A stretch of DNA of 63,377 bases, filler included, from Octopus bimaculoides (lineage: Eukaryota): assembly GCF_001194135.2 (NCBI RefSeq). It is 5 parts of 5 records of this genome, joined end to end, with 100 filler letters (N's around TTAATTAATTAA, not from the genome) between each part and the next. Parts side by side here need not be neighbours in the genome. Positions count along the whole stretch, not along the records: positions 25,554 to 52,042 come from NC_068983.1; positions 52,143 to 63,377 come from NC_068987.1; 3 more parts are not named here. One strand, written 5' to 3'. Within the stretch, counting starts at the first letter, position 1; each line of letters opens with the position of its first letter. Of this stretch, positions 40,797-53,509 are shown one piece after another. A program made the translations under genes and the position numbers. The notes under the pieces were generated by a model that saw nothing but the letters and a program-made list of their open reading frames with translations, was not told where the DNA came from and ran no database searches.

Positions 40797-41210
40797 NNNN
40801 NNNNNNNNNNNNNNNNNNNNNNNNNNNNNNNNNNNNNNNNNNNNNNNNNNNNNNNNNNNNNNNNNNNNNNNNNNNNNNNNNNNNNNNNNNNNNNNNNNNN
40901 NNNNNNNNNNNNNNNNNNNNNNNNNNNNNNNNNNNNNNNNNNNNNNNNNNNNNNNNNNNNNNNNNNNNNNNNNNNNNNNNNNNNNNNNNNNNNNNNNNNN
41001 NNNNNNNNNNNNNNNNNNNNNNNNNNNNNNNNNNNNNNNNNNNNNNNNNNNNNNNNNNNNNNNNNNNNNNNNNNNNNNNNNNNNNNNNNNNNNNNNNNNN
41101 NNNNNNNNNNNNNNNNNNNNNNNNNNNNNNNNNNNCCCCGGACAAAAATCTCACCAAGAGGTTTTTTCAAGTAGAAACATACGTTAGGTATCTTATATTG
41201 ATAAAGCTTT

Positions 41211-41276
<66 letters not shown>

Positions 41277-42434
41277 TAAAAATTAATAATTTGCTCTATA
41301 TGGATGATCTGAAGCTCTTTAGCAAGAATGAAAAGAGATAGATTCTTTAATACAGACTGTAAGACTCTTCAGCAAAGATATAAGCATGGAATTTGGCATA
41401 GATAAGTTCGCAATATTAGTCATGCGAAGGGGACAAGTAGTCAACAGCGAAGGCATCCAATGTTCAGATAGCCAGACATTAAAATCATTGAAAGGAGAGA
41501 GTTATAATTATCTAGGAGTATTAGAATCTAACAGAGTATTAACTATAGAAATGAAAACGAAAATTGAGAAGGATTACAGAAGGGTGAGGAAGCTAATGAA
41601 GTCAAAGCTAAATAGTCCCAATCTAGTAAAGACTGTAAATATTTGGGTAGTATCATTACTTGGATACTCAGCAGCTTTTGTAGACTGGACAAAAATTGAA
41701 TTAGAAAAGCTAGACAGAAAAACTAGGAAGGAATTCAATATGAATGGAGGACTCCACCCAAGGGCAGGAGTAGCAAGATTATACTTACCTAGAAAGGGAG
41801 GGGGAAGATGCTTAATATCAGTAGAAGACTGCGTGGAGTTAGCTAGAGTAAATATAAACTCCTATGTAGGTTATAGTAAAGAAAGTTTATTAAAAGCTGC
41901 TAGAGCCACAGCAATTCATAGGGAAACCAAAAGCCCAAATGAAGTTAAAAACTAGAAAAAAGAACATAAACTATCTGACTGACAGGAGAAAGCGTTGCAT
42001 TGTAGATACCCAAAGATAGTTGCAGCAAATAGTAATAGTGAGGCATGGCTATGGTTGCAGAAAGGAAAGCTGAAAATGGACACAGAAAGTTTGTTAGTAG
42101 CTGCACAAGATCAAGCATTAAGGACTAATTGGATAAAAGTCAAGATAGGCAAAAACCAAGTAGATGCTCAATGTAGGTTATGCAAATCAAAAAAGGGAAA
42201 GCGTTACTTATGTAGTAAGTGAATGTAGCATGCTGGCACAGAAAGAATACAATACAAGACATGACAACTTTGGGGGAGTAATCCACTGGGAGTTATGCAG
42301 AAAGCTAAGATTTGAACATACTAATAGATAGTATGAACATGTACGTAGTAAAGTACTAGAAAGTAAGAAATACAAGATGTTGTGAAACTTTAACATTGAG
42401 ACTGACAGAGTAATAGAAGCTAGAAGGCCTGATT

Positions 42435-42509
<75 letters not shown>

Positions 42510-42869
42510 ATAAAGAGAGTAGAAAGCGCCAGATAATTTACTTTACAGTCTCAAATGATGAAAAAATCAATATAAGAGGTATAGAAAAAATAGCAAAGCA
42601 CCTGGACCTATCCATTGAATTACAGAGATTATGGAAACTGCGGGTAAAGTGTATCCCAGTAGTTATAGGTACATTGGGAACTATCCCTAAAGATCTGAAC
42701 AAATGGATAAAGGAAATAGGCATAAAATCCAGTTTTGTACAACTCCAGAAACAGTTACCAGGGACAGCTAGGATAGTTAGGAGGGTTCTTGGCATCTAAG
42801 GTTACTTGTTGTAGTCCGATTTTAGGATTTTGTCTTTTCTAACAGTCTAATCTGTTGTGTGTATATGCA

Positions 42870-42870
<1 letters not shown>
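41277..42870 (+). mobile_element. 5'-truncated R4/Dong-like RLE-type LINE, decayed
   Basis: LLYMDDLKLF, MEFGIDK, LHPRAGVARLYLPRKGGGR, CRLCK...ECSMLAQKEYNTRHD, RRPDLVV and EKIAKHLDL, ending TARIVRRVLGI*. Flanked by (TAA)n on both sides. Confidence 0.88.
42437..42508 (+). repeat. (GTA)24 microsatellite inside the LINE RLE motif
   Basis: cct gat tta (gta)24 gat aaa, i.e. PDL(V)24DK. Confidence 0.9.
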
Positions 42871-42959
<89 letters not shown>

Positions 42960-43423
42960 AAATTCTCTTAAACTCTACAACAAACCTGGGCAACATTTTT
43001 CTAGCAATAAGCCAACAAAGAAATTAATTTAAGAAATATTGTATGATATACAAGTTGTGTCAGCCCCATAGGATTTCTGCTGTTGGGGTCCTCGATCATT
43101 TTTTGCCACCGATTAATCAACCAGTCTGGTATAGAATTGAAATGCTGTATTTCACTCGTGTTTCATTGGGTTCATAATCATGATGGCGTCCATCACTTCC
43201 CTAACGTATGGCTGCCAATAAGGGAGCTCATCCGCCCTTTGACAGTTTTTTTTAAAAAATCTGTCTGGGTGCGTATATGCCCTCTTTTCTGAGCAAGTTT
43301 AGTAGCTGGACGGTTTTGAAAGCTGAACACGCGATCATGTTCGGTATTAGATTAAATGGTTGTTTGTAGCATATATCTAGTAGCCTATGACATAATTGGT
43401 GCTAACTTGAGTTGTATATATAC

Positions 43424-43520
43424 AGAAAAAGACCATATATTACTCAAAGAAAAAGACCATATATTACTCAAAGAAAAAAGACCATATATTACTCAAAGAA
43501 AAAGACCATATATTACTCAA
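43424..43520. repeat. 24-bp minisatellite, four copies
   Basis: AGAAAAAGACCATATATTACTCAA x4; copy 3 has one extra A. Confidence 0.95.
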
Positions 43521-44941
43521 AGTAACTTCCTGAAACTCAACTTTTCCCACTAATCAGAAAGTGAGAGGAAAATGAAGCCTGAACATTATCTTTACATAAT
43601 TAGCCAATTCTCCCAAAGAAGGAGAACGTTAAAAAAAACCTCGGAACTGCGTCTTTTGTTCAGAATAGTGTATCAACCGATAAAAAAAAAAGAAACCAAA
43701 CTAGCCATTGAAAAACATATTGCAACAATGATGAGTGCATTTGTGTGTGCATATGTAGCTTTGTAGCTTAGGGAAAGCGGTGGTGATTACCAGAAGAAAC
43801 TTTCTGTTGTTCTCATATTACTTCTCCAAAAACTAAAAACTTTAGTAAAAACCAAAGGAAAAAAAGACCAAAAAAACATCAGCCAGTCAAAAGCAGAACA
43901 AGAATATTACATTGAGATGAATCGATCTTCGACTTCTGATGATTATACAACATGATGCCTGCCACAATCACATTTACTATCATGCAATGAAAGTCGAAAA
44001 TATTTAAACTCTATTTTATCTTGCTCTCTATCACAACTGACTAGTCTGCAACAGTTAGGATGATGATAAGTTATGAAAGTGACTTTAGCATTTTGGTCAG
44101 TGCCTTACGTAATCCGCATCGTTGAATGGTTTCAATGCAATGCTGGCTACTTCGTGTCATTTCCTGATTTTCCTATCCCAAGATATTTCCGAAACTCATT
44201 TTTCTCTTTGATTCTCTGTCTATTCAATATCTGATTCGTACTGACAAAACACTAGAACCTCAACATCACCTTTTTATAGACGTCCATACTTTTATAGCAG
44301 ATTCGTAGATCTTACTTTCTTCTTTATCGATTCCCCTCTATAATGACATTGCATGTCTTATATAAGTTCAATTACTTATTTTTACATTAGCCTTCCTCTT
44401 TCCATTCCTCTCAGCTAATCTACTTCTTCCTCCTACCTCTACCATTCACTTCACTTTCTCTTACAATCCACACATCGTACTGTTCTTGATATCCACCTTC
44501 CAGTTCTTTCCCTTTCAACCACTCTACTACTGTTATTACACAATAAATGCAGCGATTTGTGGTGAAAAGAGAACAGAAAACTAATTTTTTGTGTCTAATG
44601 ATATTTCAGTGCCAAAGAAACAGGTTCGATTTCCGGATACGTCTCTTCCAGTATTATATTTGTTATTGATGTTGTTATTGTTGTTTAAGTCTAGGTGAAT
44701 CTTCACAAGTAGTTCTATTTATAATGTGTATATTAATTCTTTCTTATATTCCCCTGTGTCTCTCTTCTCAGTGAGACCTCCAGTATGACTGTCCTCTGCC
44801 GGAAATAAAATTCTCCTTTCAAACGTCTGTAATTTCTCATCGATTAAAATATTTGGCGAAAATATTTTTACCTGCACTTGCTATCAGTAAAACCAATGGA
44901 TGTTTTACACATTATAACTGCTTAGCCAAAGCGTTCATATA

Positions 44942-45158
44942 CGAGGAGGTGCTGAAAAGTTTCTGGCTTTGGGTAAAAGAAAATACAGTAGGAACAGTTA
45001 ATTAGGATTGTATTAGACATAATCTTTTCTCAGATTCACACACTTATTGCAGCAGCTCTTCCGTTTTTCTAAGCCCTGCAAAAGAACTCAGAAGGTTGGG
45101 CCTCCAGCCAGGCCTTTCACGATACCCTTAAAACCAGAAACTTTTCAGCAGGCCCTCG
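44942..45158. mobile_element. Mariner-type MITE
   Basis: TIRs cgaggaggtgctgaaaagtttctgg and ccagaaacttttcagcaggccctcg; TA on the left, TG on the right; 217 bp. Confidence 0.75.
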
Positions 45159-45304
45159 TGTAGCGTTTACTCAGCTTACATCACTTGGTTTTTATGCTTG
45201 TTTTCGGAAAAGTAGCAGAGTTCATAGTCTTTGCAGGCTCTAGGATTTGCAGTCGGATTATTCTACTGCAGCGTACTTCTATAAACCTTCTCAGTTGTGT
45301 CTTT

Positions 45305-45680
45305 TTCTTTTACTTGTTTCAGACATTTGACTGTGACCATGCTGGAACATCACTTTGAAGGGTTTTTTTAATCGAACAAATCAACCCCAGGACTTTTTAC
45401 TGTTAGCCTAGTAGTTACTCTATCGGTCTCATCTGCCGAACCACTAGGTTACAGGGGCGTAAATAAACCAATACTAGCTGTCAAACGGAGATGGGGACAA
45501 GCACAGACGCAAAGACACACACATACACATACACACACATACATATAAATATATACAAGGGGCTTCTTTCAGTTTCTGTCTTCTATACTAGAGGACACTT
45601 GCCCAAGGTGCCACGCAGTGGGACTGAATCCTAAACCACGTGGTTGGGGAGCGAATTTCTTACCATACAGCCACGCCTGT
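45305..45680 (-). mobile_element. SINE family C. Further partial copies at ~17150-17590(-), 22207-22410(-), 32033-32140(+), 34915-35240(+), 46020-46200(-), 46650-46735(-), 57045-57165(+), 59770-59930(-), 61130-61560(+)
   Basis: Shared blocks cttgtgagtggatttggtagacggaaactgaaagaag and ccgatagaataagtact; intact head ggctgtatggtaagaa. Confidence 0.8.
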
Positions 45681-46336
45681 ATACATTTTTATTCTGTACA
45701 ACAATAATTTTCACGCTGTCACTTCCAACAGCACACACGTTCTTTGCCGAGGGTACCATTTTGAAGTCCACCTCGATGTTCCGTAGATTAGTTTCATTTA
45801 CATGTAGACCAGGCATCTCTCCACAGTTTTTCATTGCTTATATTGAACAGTGATCTCGATAACATCCTGTACTGCAGATATAACAACCTACTCTTCTTCA
45901 TTGGTTTCAGTACACACCTACAAGTACACGGAAACAATTTTTCTAAACAATGAATGTGTAGAATGAAATAATGAAAGCCCCACAATTGCTGTATACCTCA
46001 AAGGAACCATCTATATCTTTTATCTTTTCTTTTACTTGTTCCAGTCATTTGATAGTGGCCATGCTGGGACACCACCTTGAAAGGTGTTAGTCGGACAAAT
46101 CGACCCCCAGGACTTATTCTTTGTAAGCCTAGCACTTATTCTATTGGTTACTTTTGCCGAACCGCTATGCTACTGGTTGTCAAGTGATGGTGGCAAACAA
46201 AGACACACGCACACACACGCACGCACACACACGCACACACTCACACACTTATATTAAAGTACAAGTGAGGCTAAATAGACCTCAGAGGGATAGAAATATC
46301 CAAGATTAGACTGGTTGAATACCCTATAATATAGGC

Positions 46337-46404
<68 letters not shown>

Positions 46405-46407
46405 GTC

Positions 46408-46438
<31 letters not shown>

Positions 46439-47658
46439 GTAAATATTATTATAAGATCTGGTAATTAGTCATATATTAATATATTAATTAATATCGATTA
46501 ATTATCAGGGGGCCAGCACATTTAAAGAATCAAAGAGATTCAGAAATATTATCTGCAAACTCAGGGGATTAAGGTACATTTTAAAAAATAACGTCGACCA
46601 CTAACATGGACAATTAATGCGCTAGAAATAGATCACATCTTGTGTCTATACAGTTCCCGTCTACCAAGTCCACTCACAAGGCTTTGGTTGGCTCAAAGCT
46701 ATAGTAGAAGACACCCAAATGTGACTGAACCCGAGAATCAGTTTTACTATAATCATGAACGCCTCAAAATATTTCAGATTTGATTTGATGACTGACTTCT
46801 ATAAATCTAGAGTAAGTTCCTTATTTGTGCACCGCATATATCCATGAGGCAGGGTTGCCCGTACACTTCCCGTCGACTTAAATCTACCAGCGATCTGCTT
46901 CCATACGTCACACACTTGCTATACACATACACACACACCTTTCACACTAGACTACTAGTTTCACCAGTACGCTAAAACCGCTATTCTACAAATCTTCTAT
47001 TCTATCTATCTCTTCTAACTCTCATACTGTGGCTTCTGCTCCTTAGGCTAGCAAATAACGTATCACAAATACAACAAGCACATTTGATTCTCCCGTCTTT
47101 CTTCCTATTGTCAGCTGTAATACCTCACAACAGAAAAATCCCACACTAAACACCATTTCCAACCCACAAGCTACATTTTATATACAGACAACATCCTACA
47201 GATGTTTAAGCTGAAGAGCAACTGTATCAACATCATTAGTTTGACCTCATTGCTATCAAACTTCATCAGTTATTAAATAATAAGCGTAAGACGAAGACTC
47301 GAGTTGCATTGAGTGACCCTGTATCACTGCACCTCTGTGTGGAGGCGCGTGGCTTAGTGGTTAGGATGTTGGACTCATGATCGTAAAATTATGGTTTCGA
47401 TTCCTGGACCGGTAGACGGGTTGTCTTTTTAAGCAAAACACTTCATTTCACGTTGCTCCAGTCCCACACAGCTGACAGAAATCAGTAATCCTGCGACAGA
47501 TCGGCGTCCCGTCAGGTGGGGGTATATTTACGTCCCAGAAAGCCGGAAACCAGCCCTTATGAGTCTGTATGACACGATAAGGTAACTTTACTTCATCTTA
47601 CTGCCCCTCTGTGATTGGTAAAACAAAATTGTAAAGAAATATTGTATAAGTGTACAGG

Positions 47659-48161
47659 TATTGACTTATCAGATAAATTCGTTCGTTTCTTTCCATTTTT
47701 GTTGAATTAAATAGAAAACTATTTCCATTATAGTGTTTACTGATTTTTTGTTGTTCTATTCTTCCTCTACAACTTTTGTATATAGATTTTGACACATGAA
47801 TAATTTTTACCTCGTTGTTCTCTTTTCAACACAACAATGCTCGTCCCTGCGTCGCTAATTTGACCAAAATTGCAATTCAAGTGCTCGGCTGGTAAGTTCT
47901 AATACACCATCGTATTCTCCCAATATAGCGCCTTCAGATGTTCACTGCTTTTGGTCGTTTCCAACAGTCTTCGAGGAGTTTCTTTCAACAACAACATGGA
48001 ACTGAAAATGTGGTTCGAATCAAGATCCAGTGATTTCTCCGTTAGATATTGACAAGTTAGTGAAACGTTGGAAAGAAACCGTGAACAAAGGAGAGTATAG
48101 CATTGACTGATTTCTTAAAAATGTTCAAAGAACTTCGGTAAAAATAAAACCAAAACAAAAA

Positions 48162-48194
<33 letters not shown>

Positions 48195-48216
48195 GAATTT
48201 ATCTGACAACCCAATA
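47659..48216 (+). mobile_element. Internally deleted mariner with both TIRs
   Basis: TIRs tattgacttatcagataaattcgtt and aacgaatttatctgacaacccaata; internal LFQHNNARP, SYSPNIAPSD and IDKLVKRW. Confidence 0.8.
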
Positions 48217-48279
48217 AGTCTCCGTCGTTTTCAATCAACTGAGTTACTGCTCATTGAATTGATGTGTAGGTCACTGAGT

Positions 48280-51200
48280 GGTTCACAGACCCAAAATCAG
48301 CGTGACTCGGGTTTCGTGGCAAGGCTGGGCACTTCGATTAGATGATATTATGTAACATTCACTAAAATAACCATATGGAAAGATATTAGCTATATAACAA
48401 GAGGAAGGAAATTTGGCACAATAATAGCCAGATTCAGAACAATAGAGATGGCCCGCTAGTACATAGTCAGCCCGTTGAAGACAAAAGAAGTGGTGCTTCT
48501 GCCAACGTATATGGAGTGACGTACGTCCCGTGTCAGGGTGCTGGAGGGTGATGGTCACCCTGTTGTTTAACAGGGAAGATAAAATTAATATCCTACAAGT
48601 AACACGCTCTGTTCCCCCCCCCTCCAAAAAAAAATTGGCTCGGGTAGAGCATTGTGGCCATCATTCAAGTGGCACCAGAAGACATAGTAAGGATTCTCGA
48701 CAGAGTGCTTGTGGGCGAGGACGTAGCCCTCAAAATTCATGTGGAGGGCAAAAACCCAGATGTTTTAAATTTGGCCGAAAAAGTCACCTAAGGGTTGACT
48801 GCGACGCAGGAAGAAAGGAAAAGAATGTACAGGCTAAAACTCCTGTGAATAAACATACATCTGATCCCTCACAAACTCCAAAAACTGCTCCTAAACCCCC
48901 ACAAACACCAGCCCCTACACTAGCAAAGACACCTACTCTTCCAAGTGCGGTGCCCACACAAGCCCCCAAACAAGTAGTCCAAAAGCCCCAAACCACGCAC
49001 ACACCAGTTCCGACAACAAAACTACCCACCCCTCAACGTCGACGGCACCTGACAGTAAAAGAGTAAATCTCCAAGATGACACCATGGAGGCAGTCGAGCG
49101 GGAGTACACTGTTGTTCGAGGCCCAACCAAAAGAACGTTGACCCAATCCCCGTCCACATCCCCCACAAAAACGGAAAATACAACTCAGACATTAAAAAAA
49201 AATCCGCCCAACCATCCCAGGAAAACTAGGCAAACGATGAATTTTGGTCGAGTTCGACCCAAAGGACAAATACACATGATGTGATAGCGTCACACCACAC
49301 TATAATGTTATATCCTAAGCACAAGGACTATCCTAAACAATGTGCCTCGACAGGCGAAACATTATTTAAACAATTGAAGGGGAGGCATTCAGAAGCCATC
49401 TGTATGTTAAAAGACGTTCCAAAATACCTTACGAGACGTGAGGTCGGCCCCAACATCGCCAATGAAAAGTACGTAGAACATTTACTTTTCCTTAAAATGT
49501 CAACTCTTAACCTTGGTTGTTTAAATGTGCGTGGTCTAAGCTCGAAATAGAAGCAAGCATGTTTCCTCGACGACCTCAGATCGCATGTGATGGTTACTAC
49601 AGAGACCAAGCTCGATAGGCTACAAGCCTTCTTGCTCTCCTGAATGGCTATGAGAAAATCATGTCTGCTGGCCTGACCGGAGGTTGAGTGGGTGTAGTAG
49701 TCCTGGTCCGAAAAGGCTTGGTTCTGCAGACAAGTATAGTCCTTGTGGACCTGGTCGTCCTTGACGTGATATACAGCAACAAAGCCTTCAGGTTGATCGG
49801 TATTTATGCGCCTTGTGCAAGAAGGCAGGAAACTGATTTCTATCGGCGCTTAGAGAACTTTCTCGTGACGTGGACAGACTTGTCGGGGAGGCACAAACTT
49901 GCGATATTCCGGGCAGGTCAATTCACGACAATCTCCATCTTATACGCTACACCTTAGAGAGGGCTGAGAAATTTTCTGGCAAAGGTGGGGCACAGGTACA
50001 TTTAGACCAGTCTAAAGCATTTGATATTCTCAACCATCGGTAACTGGCGACGGTCCTCGGGGAGATCGGTTTGGGCCCGACTTTCTGCGGTTGGATTGCT
50101 GCTTTGTACAGCGACATCGAGTCTATCCGGGTGAACGGTTTTCTTTCAAAACTTCAAGATTGAACGCTCAGTACGTCAGGGATATCCCCTGTCACCGCTT
50201 CTGTATGCATTTGCTCTTGAGCCATTGCTGTGTAAGTTGGAGGCGTTAGGGGGCGTGCTGCATGGTCTGTGGTCTGGAAGAGGAGCTATTGACATCTCCA
50301 TCATCGTGTCTGAAGAAGGGCAGCTTCCTTGTGTAGAAAACGCCATCAAAGGATACGAGGCGGTGGCAGGAGCAAAAGTTAACCAGAACAAGTCGGTCGG
50401 CTTGCAACTCGGCACCTGGAGAGGCAAGTCGATGTCGTCCAATAACGTCGTGGGGCGTTGGACAGAAGGTCCGATTAAGTTGCAAGGGGTCTGGTTCGGT
50501 CCAGACCTCCAGATAAAGAAGAACTGGAGCGAGGTCACGGGCAAGATGACTGCCCCAACCCAGACCTGGTCTGGGCGGGCGTTATCCTTGTTAGGGAGGA
50601 CGGAGGTGGTGCAGATGTTCATAGCATCTCTCATCACCTACCGCCTGGCAGTTGTGCCTTGCCCCGATTTGTGGATGAACAAGTTGGAAAGAATCCTTTT
50701 CTGCTTTTTGTGGAAGGGAGGAAAGCCACTTGTGAAGCGCTCTGTCTGCTGCCAAAAACCGCTAAATGGTGGGCGAGGGATACCTTGGCTGTGGATGCGA
50801 AAATTCGCGTTGAGGTTGAGGCACCTCTGGCCTTACCTGGATGGGGAGCAGGTGAGGTCACCGCGCGTAAGGCTCTACCTTCCACAGTTGACGTCCTTAA
50901 TGGACATTGGTCCATGGATCAAACGAGGACTTAAGCTGGGGGATTGGCAAGCACTCCAGCTACTCTCTCGAGCGGCCAATACTGGCAACAGGAGATCCAC
51001 TGCGGATTTCTATAGCGAGTTACTGGAATTTCTGTCAGACGATGTCCTGGGAGAGACCCTGGGCTTCAATGGAAATCAGTTGATCAACCTATTCAGGATA
51101 ACTTTCGAGCCGGGGTATCTGGATAATTACCAGAAATCCCTGGCTTGGCAGTGCTTCCGTTCAGCTTTGCCGGTTCGAGACAAGCTCTCAAGTCACGGAA

Positions 51201-51894
51201 GTGCCGTTACGCCGATATTCCCGAGATGCGGGCGGGACAGAGAAACTGTCTTCCACACTTTCGCGGAGTGTTCGGAATTATCGGGACTGATAGCTTTTGT
51301 TGAACAACTTTTGGCAACGATGGGAAGAGTACAGCTATCGGCTGAGTCTATTATCAAGATTGTGCCACCTCCTTTCCTTAACAGGGAAAGGAAGGCTTGT
51401 TTTTTTCTGCGTAGTAACCATACTGAAAGGAACAGTATGGAAGACGCGTGTTAGAGGTATAGTGACAGGTGCCTGCGTCTCTGGCCAGGGGTTGGTTAAC
51501 TTCTTTAGTTACGACCTCGATAGCAAGATCAATCTGGAGAAGAGATACCTGTCACAAGATATGTTCGCGAAAAGATGGAAGCAAGTAGTGAACAAGCTGC
51601 GAATGACTGGAACCAGGTAAGTGGGGCCAGAAGGAAAAGTAACAAGGATATCCAGAGGTAATGCAGTGCCTGGCGGTTGGATGACTTTCCTTCAGTCACA
51701 CATTCCAAAATTTGCATAAGCTTATATTGGAATTTTTAAACGGAAGAAAACAAAAATGTATAATTTTAACAGTATGACATATTTTATCATTCGAAATATT
51801 TTCATTCGTAATAAGCAACTTCTACACCCTCTATGTTTGTCTGTCCTTGTTTGTCCCATCTATTTACGGCTTCCATAGCCAATTTATGAAATAA
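48280..51894 (+). mobile_element. Near full-length decayed Tx1-like (L1-clade) non-LTR retrotransposon
   Basis: ORF1 remnant with zinc knuckle (CFKFGRKSHLRVDC) and Pro/Thr-rich tail. ORF2 starts MSTLNLGCLNVRGL (APE) at 49497 and contains IGIYAP, LDQSKAFD, RQGYPLSPLLYAFALEPLL and a C-terminal xPRCGxxxETVFHTFAEC. Many stops and frameshifts; 3' UTR ends at AATAAA. Confidence 0.88.
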
Positions 51895-52040
51895 AGAAGC
51901 TTGCTTCCCATTCACATGATGCAGTGCTCAATCTCATTTCGTGGCACCGTGAGCAAGTGTCTTCTACTGTGGTCACAGGCCGACCAAAAACCTGTGAGTG
52001 GATTTGGTAAACGGAAACTGAAAGAAACTCGTCGTATATA
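51895..52040 (+). mobile_element. SINE family C lacking its A-box half, directly after the Tx1-like LINE
   Basis: Begins at agaagcttgcttccca; runs into a gap. Confidence 0.8.
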
Positions 52041-52142
52041 TANNNNNNNNNNNNNNNNNNNNNNNNNNNNNNNNNNNNNNNNNNNNTTAATTAATTAANN
52101 NNNNNNNNNNNNNNNNNNNNNNNNNNNNNNNNNNNNNNNNNN

Positions 52143-52480
52143 AGAAATGGAAAAACTTTCAAAATACAAAGACCTGGAAATAGAGATAACTCAAATGTGG
52201 AGTCTAAAAACAGAAACAATTCCTATCATAGTAGGTGCCTTAGGTATAATAAAAAAATATTCAGACAAATACATAACAAAAACACCAGGACTTACAAATA
52301 TATATAACATACAGAAAATTGCACTACTGGGTACTGCACACATTCTACGCAAAACACTTTCAATACAGTAAACATAAGAGCACCACAGCAAACCACAGCA
52401 CATACCCAAGGCGCACAGAGCTGCGCTCGGTAGTGAAGTGAAAGCACGTTATAAAAATAAAACTACTGAACAATAATAAT
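52143..52480 (+). mobile_element. 3' end of another R4/Dong-like LINE
   Basis: EKLSKYKDLEIEITQMW...IPIIVGALG...IQKIALLGTAHILRKTL* (RLE C-terminus), then a short UTR and (TAA)n. Confidence 0.85.
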
Positions 52481-52492
52481 AATAATAATAAT

Positions 52493-52935
52493 CTTTTCTA
52501 GTATAGGCACAAGGCCTGAAATTTCAGGGGAGGTTATAAGTTGATTGCATCAACCCCAGTGCTCAACTGCTACTTATGTTATCGACCCCAAAAGGATGAA
52601 AGTCAAAGTCGACTGCAGTGGAATTTGAATTCAGAATGTAAAGATGGATAAAATGCCGCAAAGCATCTTGCCAGCATGCTAACAATTCTGTCCGCTCACT
52701 GTCTTAATTATGGTAATAACAATCCTTTCTACTAAAGGCACAAGGACTAAAATTTTGTGGGAGGGGAAGTAATCAATTACATTGACCCCAGTGTTTCACT
52801 GGTACTTAATTTATCGACCCTGAAAGGATGAAAGGCAAAGTCAATCTCGGTGGAATTAGAACACAGAACATAGTGATGGGCGAAATACTGCTAAGCATTT
52901 TGTCCAGAATGCTAACAATTTTGTCAGCTCACCCT
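52493..52935 (-). mobile_element. Two tandem family A SINEs inside a (TAA)n tract
   Basis: Two units, each preceded by aataatc; a third partial unit begins at about 53047. Confidence 0.8.
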
Positions 52936-52936
52936 T

Positions 52937-53023
<87 letters not shown>

Positions 53024-53509
53024 GCAACAACAGTGATAATAATAATCCTTTCTACTCTAGGCACAAGACCAGCAACTTTTGTTGGTAGAAGATAGTTAAT
53101 TACATGAATGGAATGAGAGCAGTATTGGAAAAATAGTACCTTAGCAGTGAGTGGGGAGAGCAGAGTACAAATGTAGAGAAAAAAAAGCATCCCAGATTGG
53201 GAGGCTGTAGAGAGGATATGATGAGAGAGAGAGAGAGGCTGGAGGGTATCCTTAGATCGATAGAGAGAGTAGAGTATGATTGCAGTGTATCATCTCTGGC
53301 AGATAAAGTATAGAGAGAGGATTCTAAGAGAGAGAAGCAGGTAAGGACCAGTGGGTATGCAACAAGAGAGAGAGAGAGAGGGAGAGCCTACCTGGTCATG
53401 GGGAAATATTACCAATTGTGGAAACTGGTGAGGGTTGAAGACAGGAAAGGTATCTGGGCATAGAAAATCTGCCATAATACAACCTTATGCAATTTGTACT
53501 AACGTCTCC

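Noticed and set aside
43424-43520. CRISPR-like array
   Set aside because: Repeats abut with no spacers, and the context is eukaryotic with no cas genes.
45631-45985. Non-repetitive short ORFs on both strands
   Set aside because: No motif, no consistent splice pair, and stops in the candidate exon frames.
48283-49609. Overlapping antisense ORFs (48283-48627, 48784-49029, 48933-49166, 49328-49609)
   Set aside because: Shadows of the GC-richer Tx1 ORF1/ORF2 on the opposite strand.
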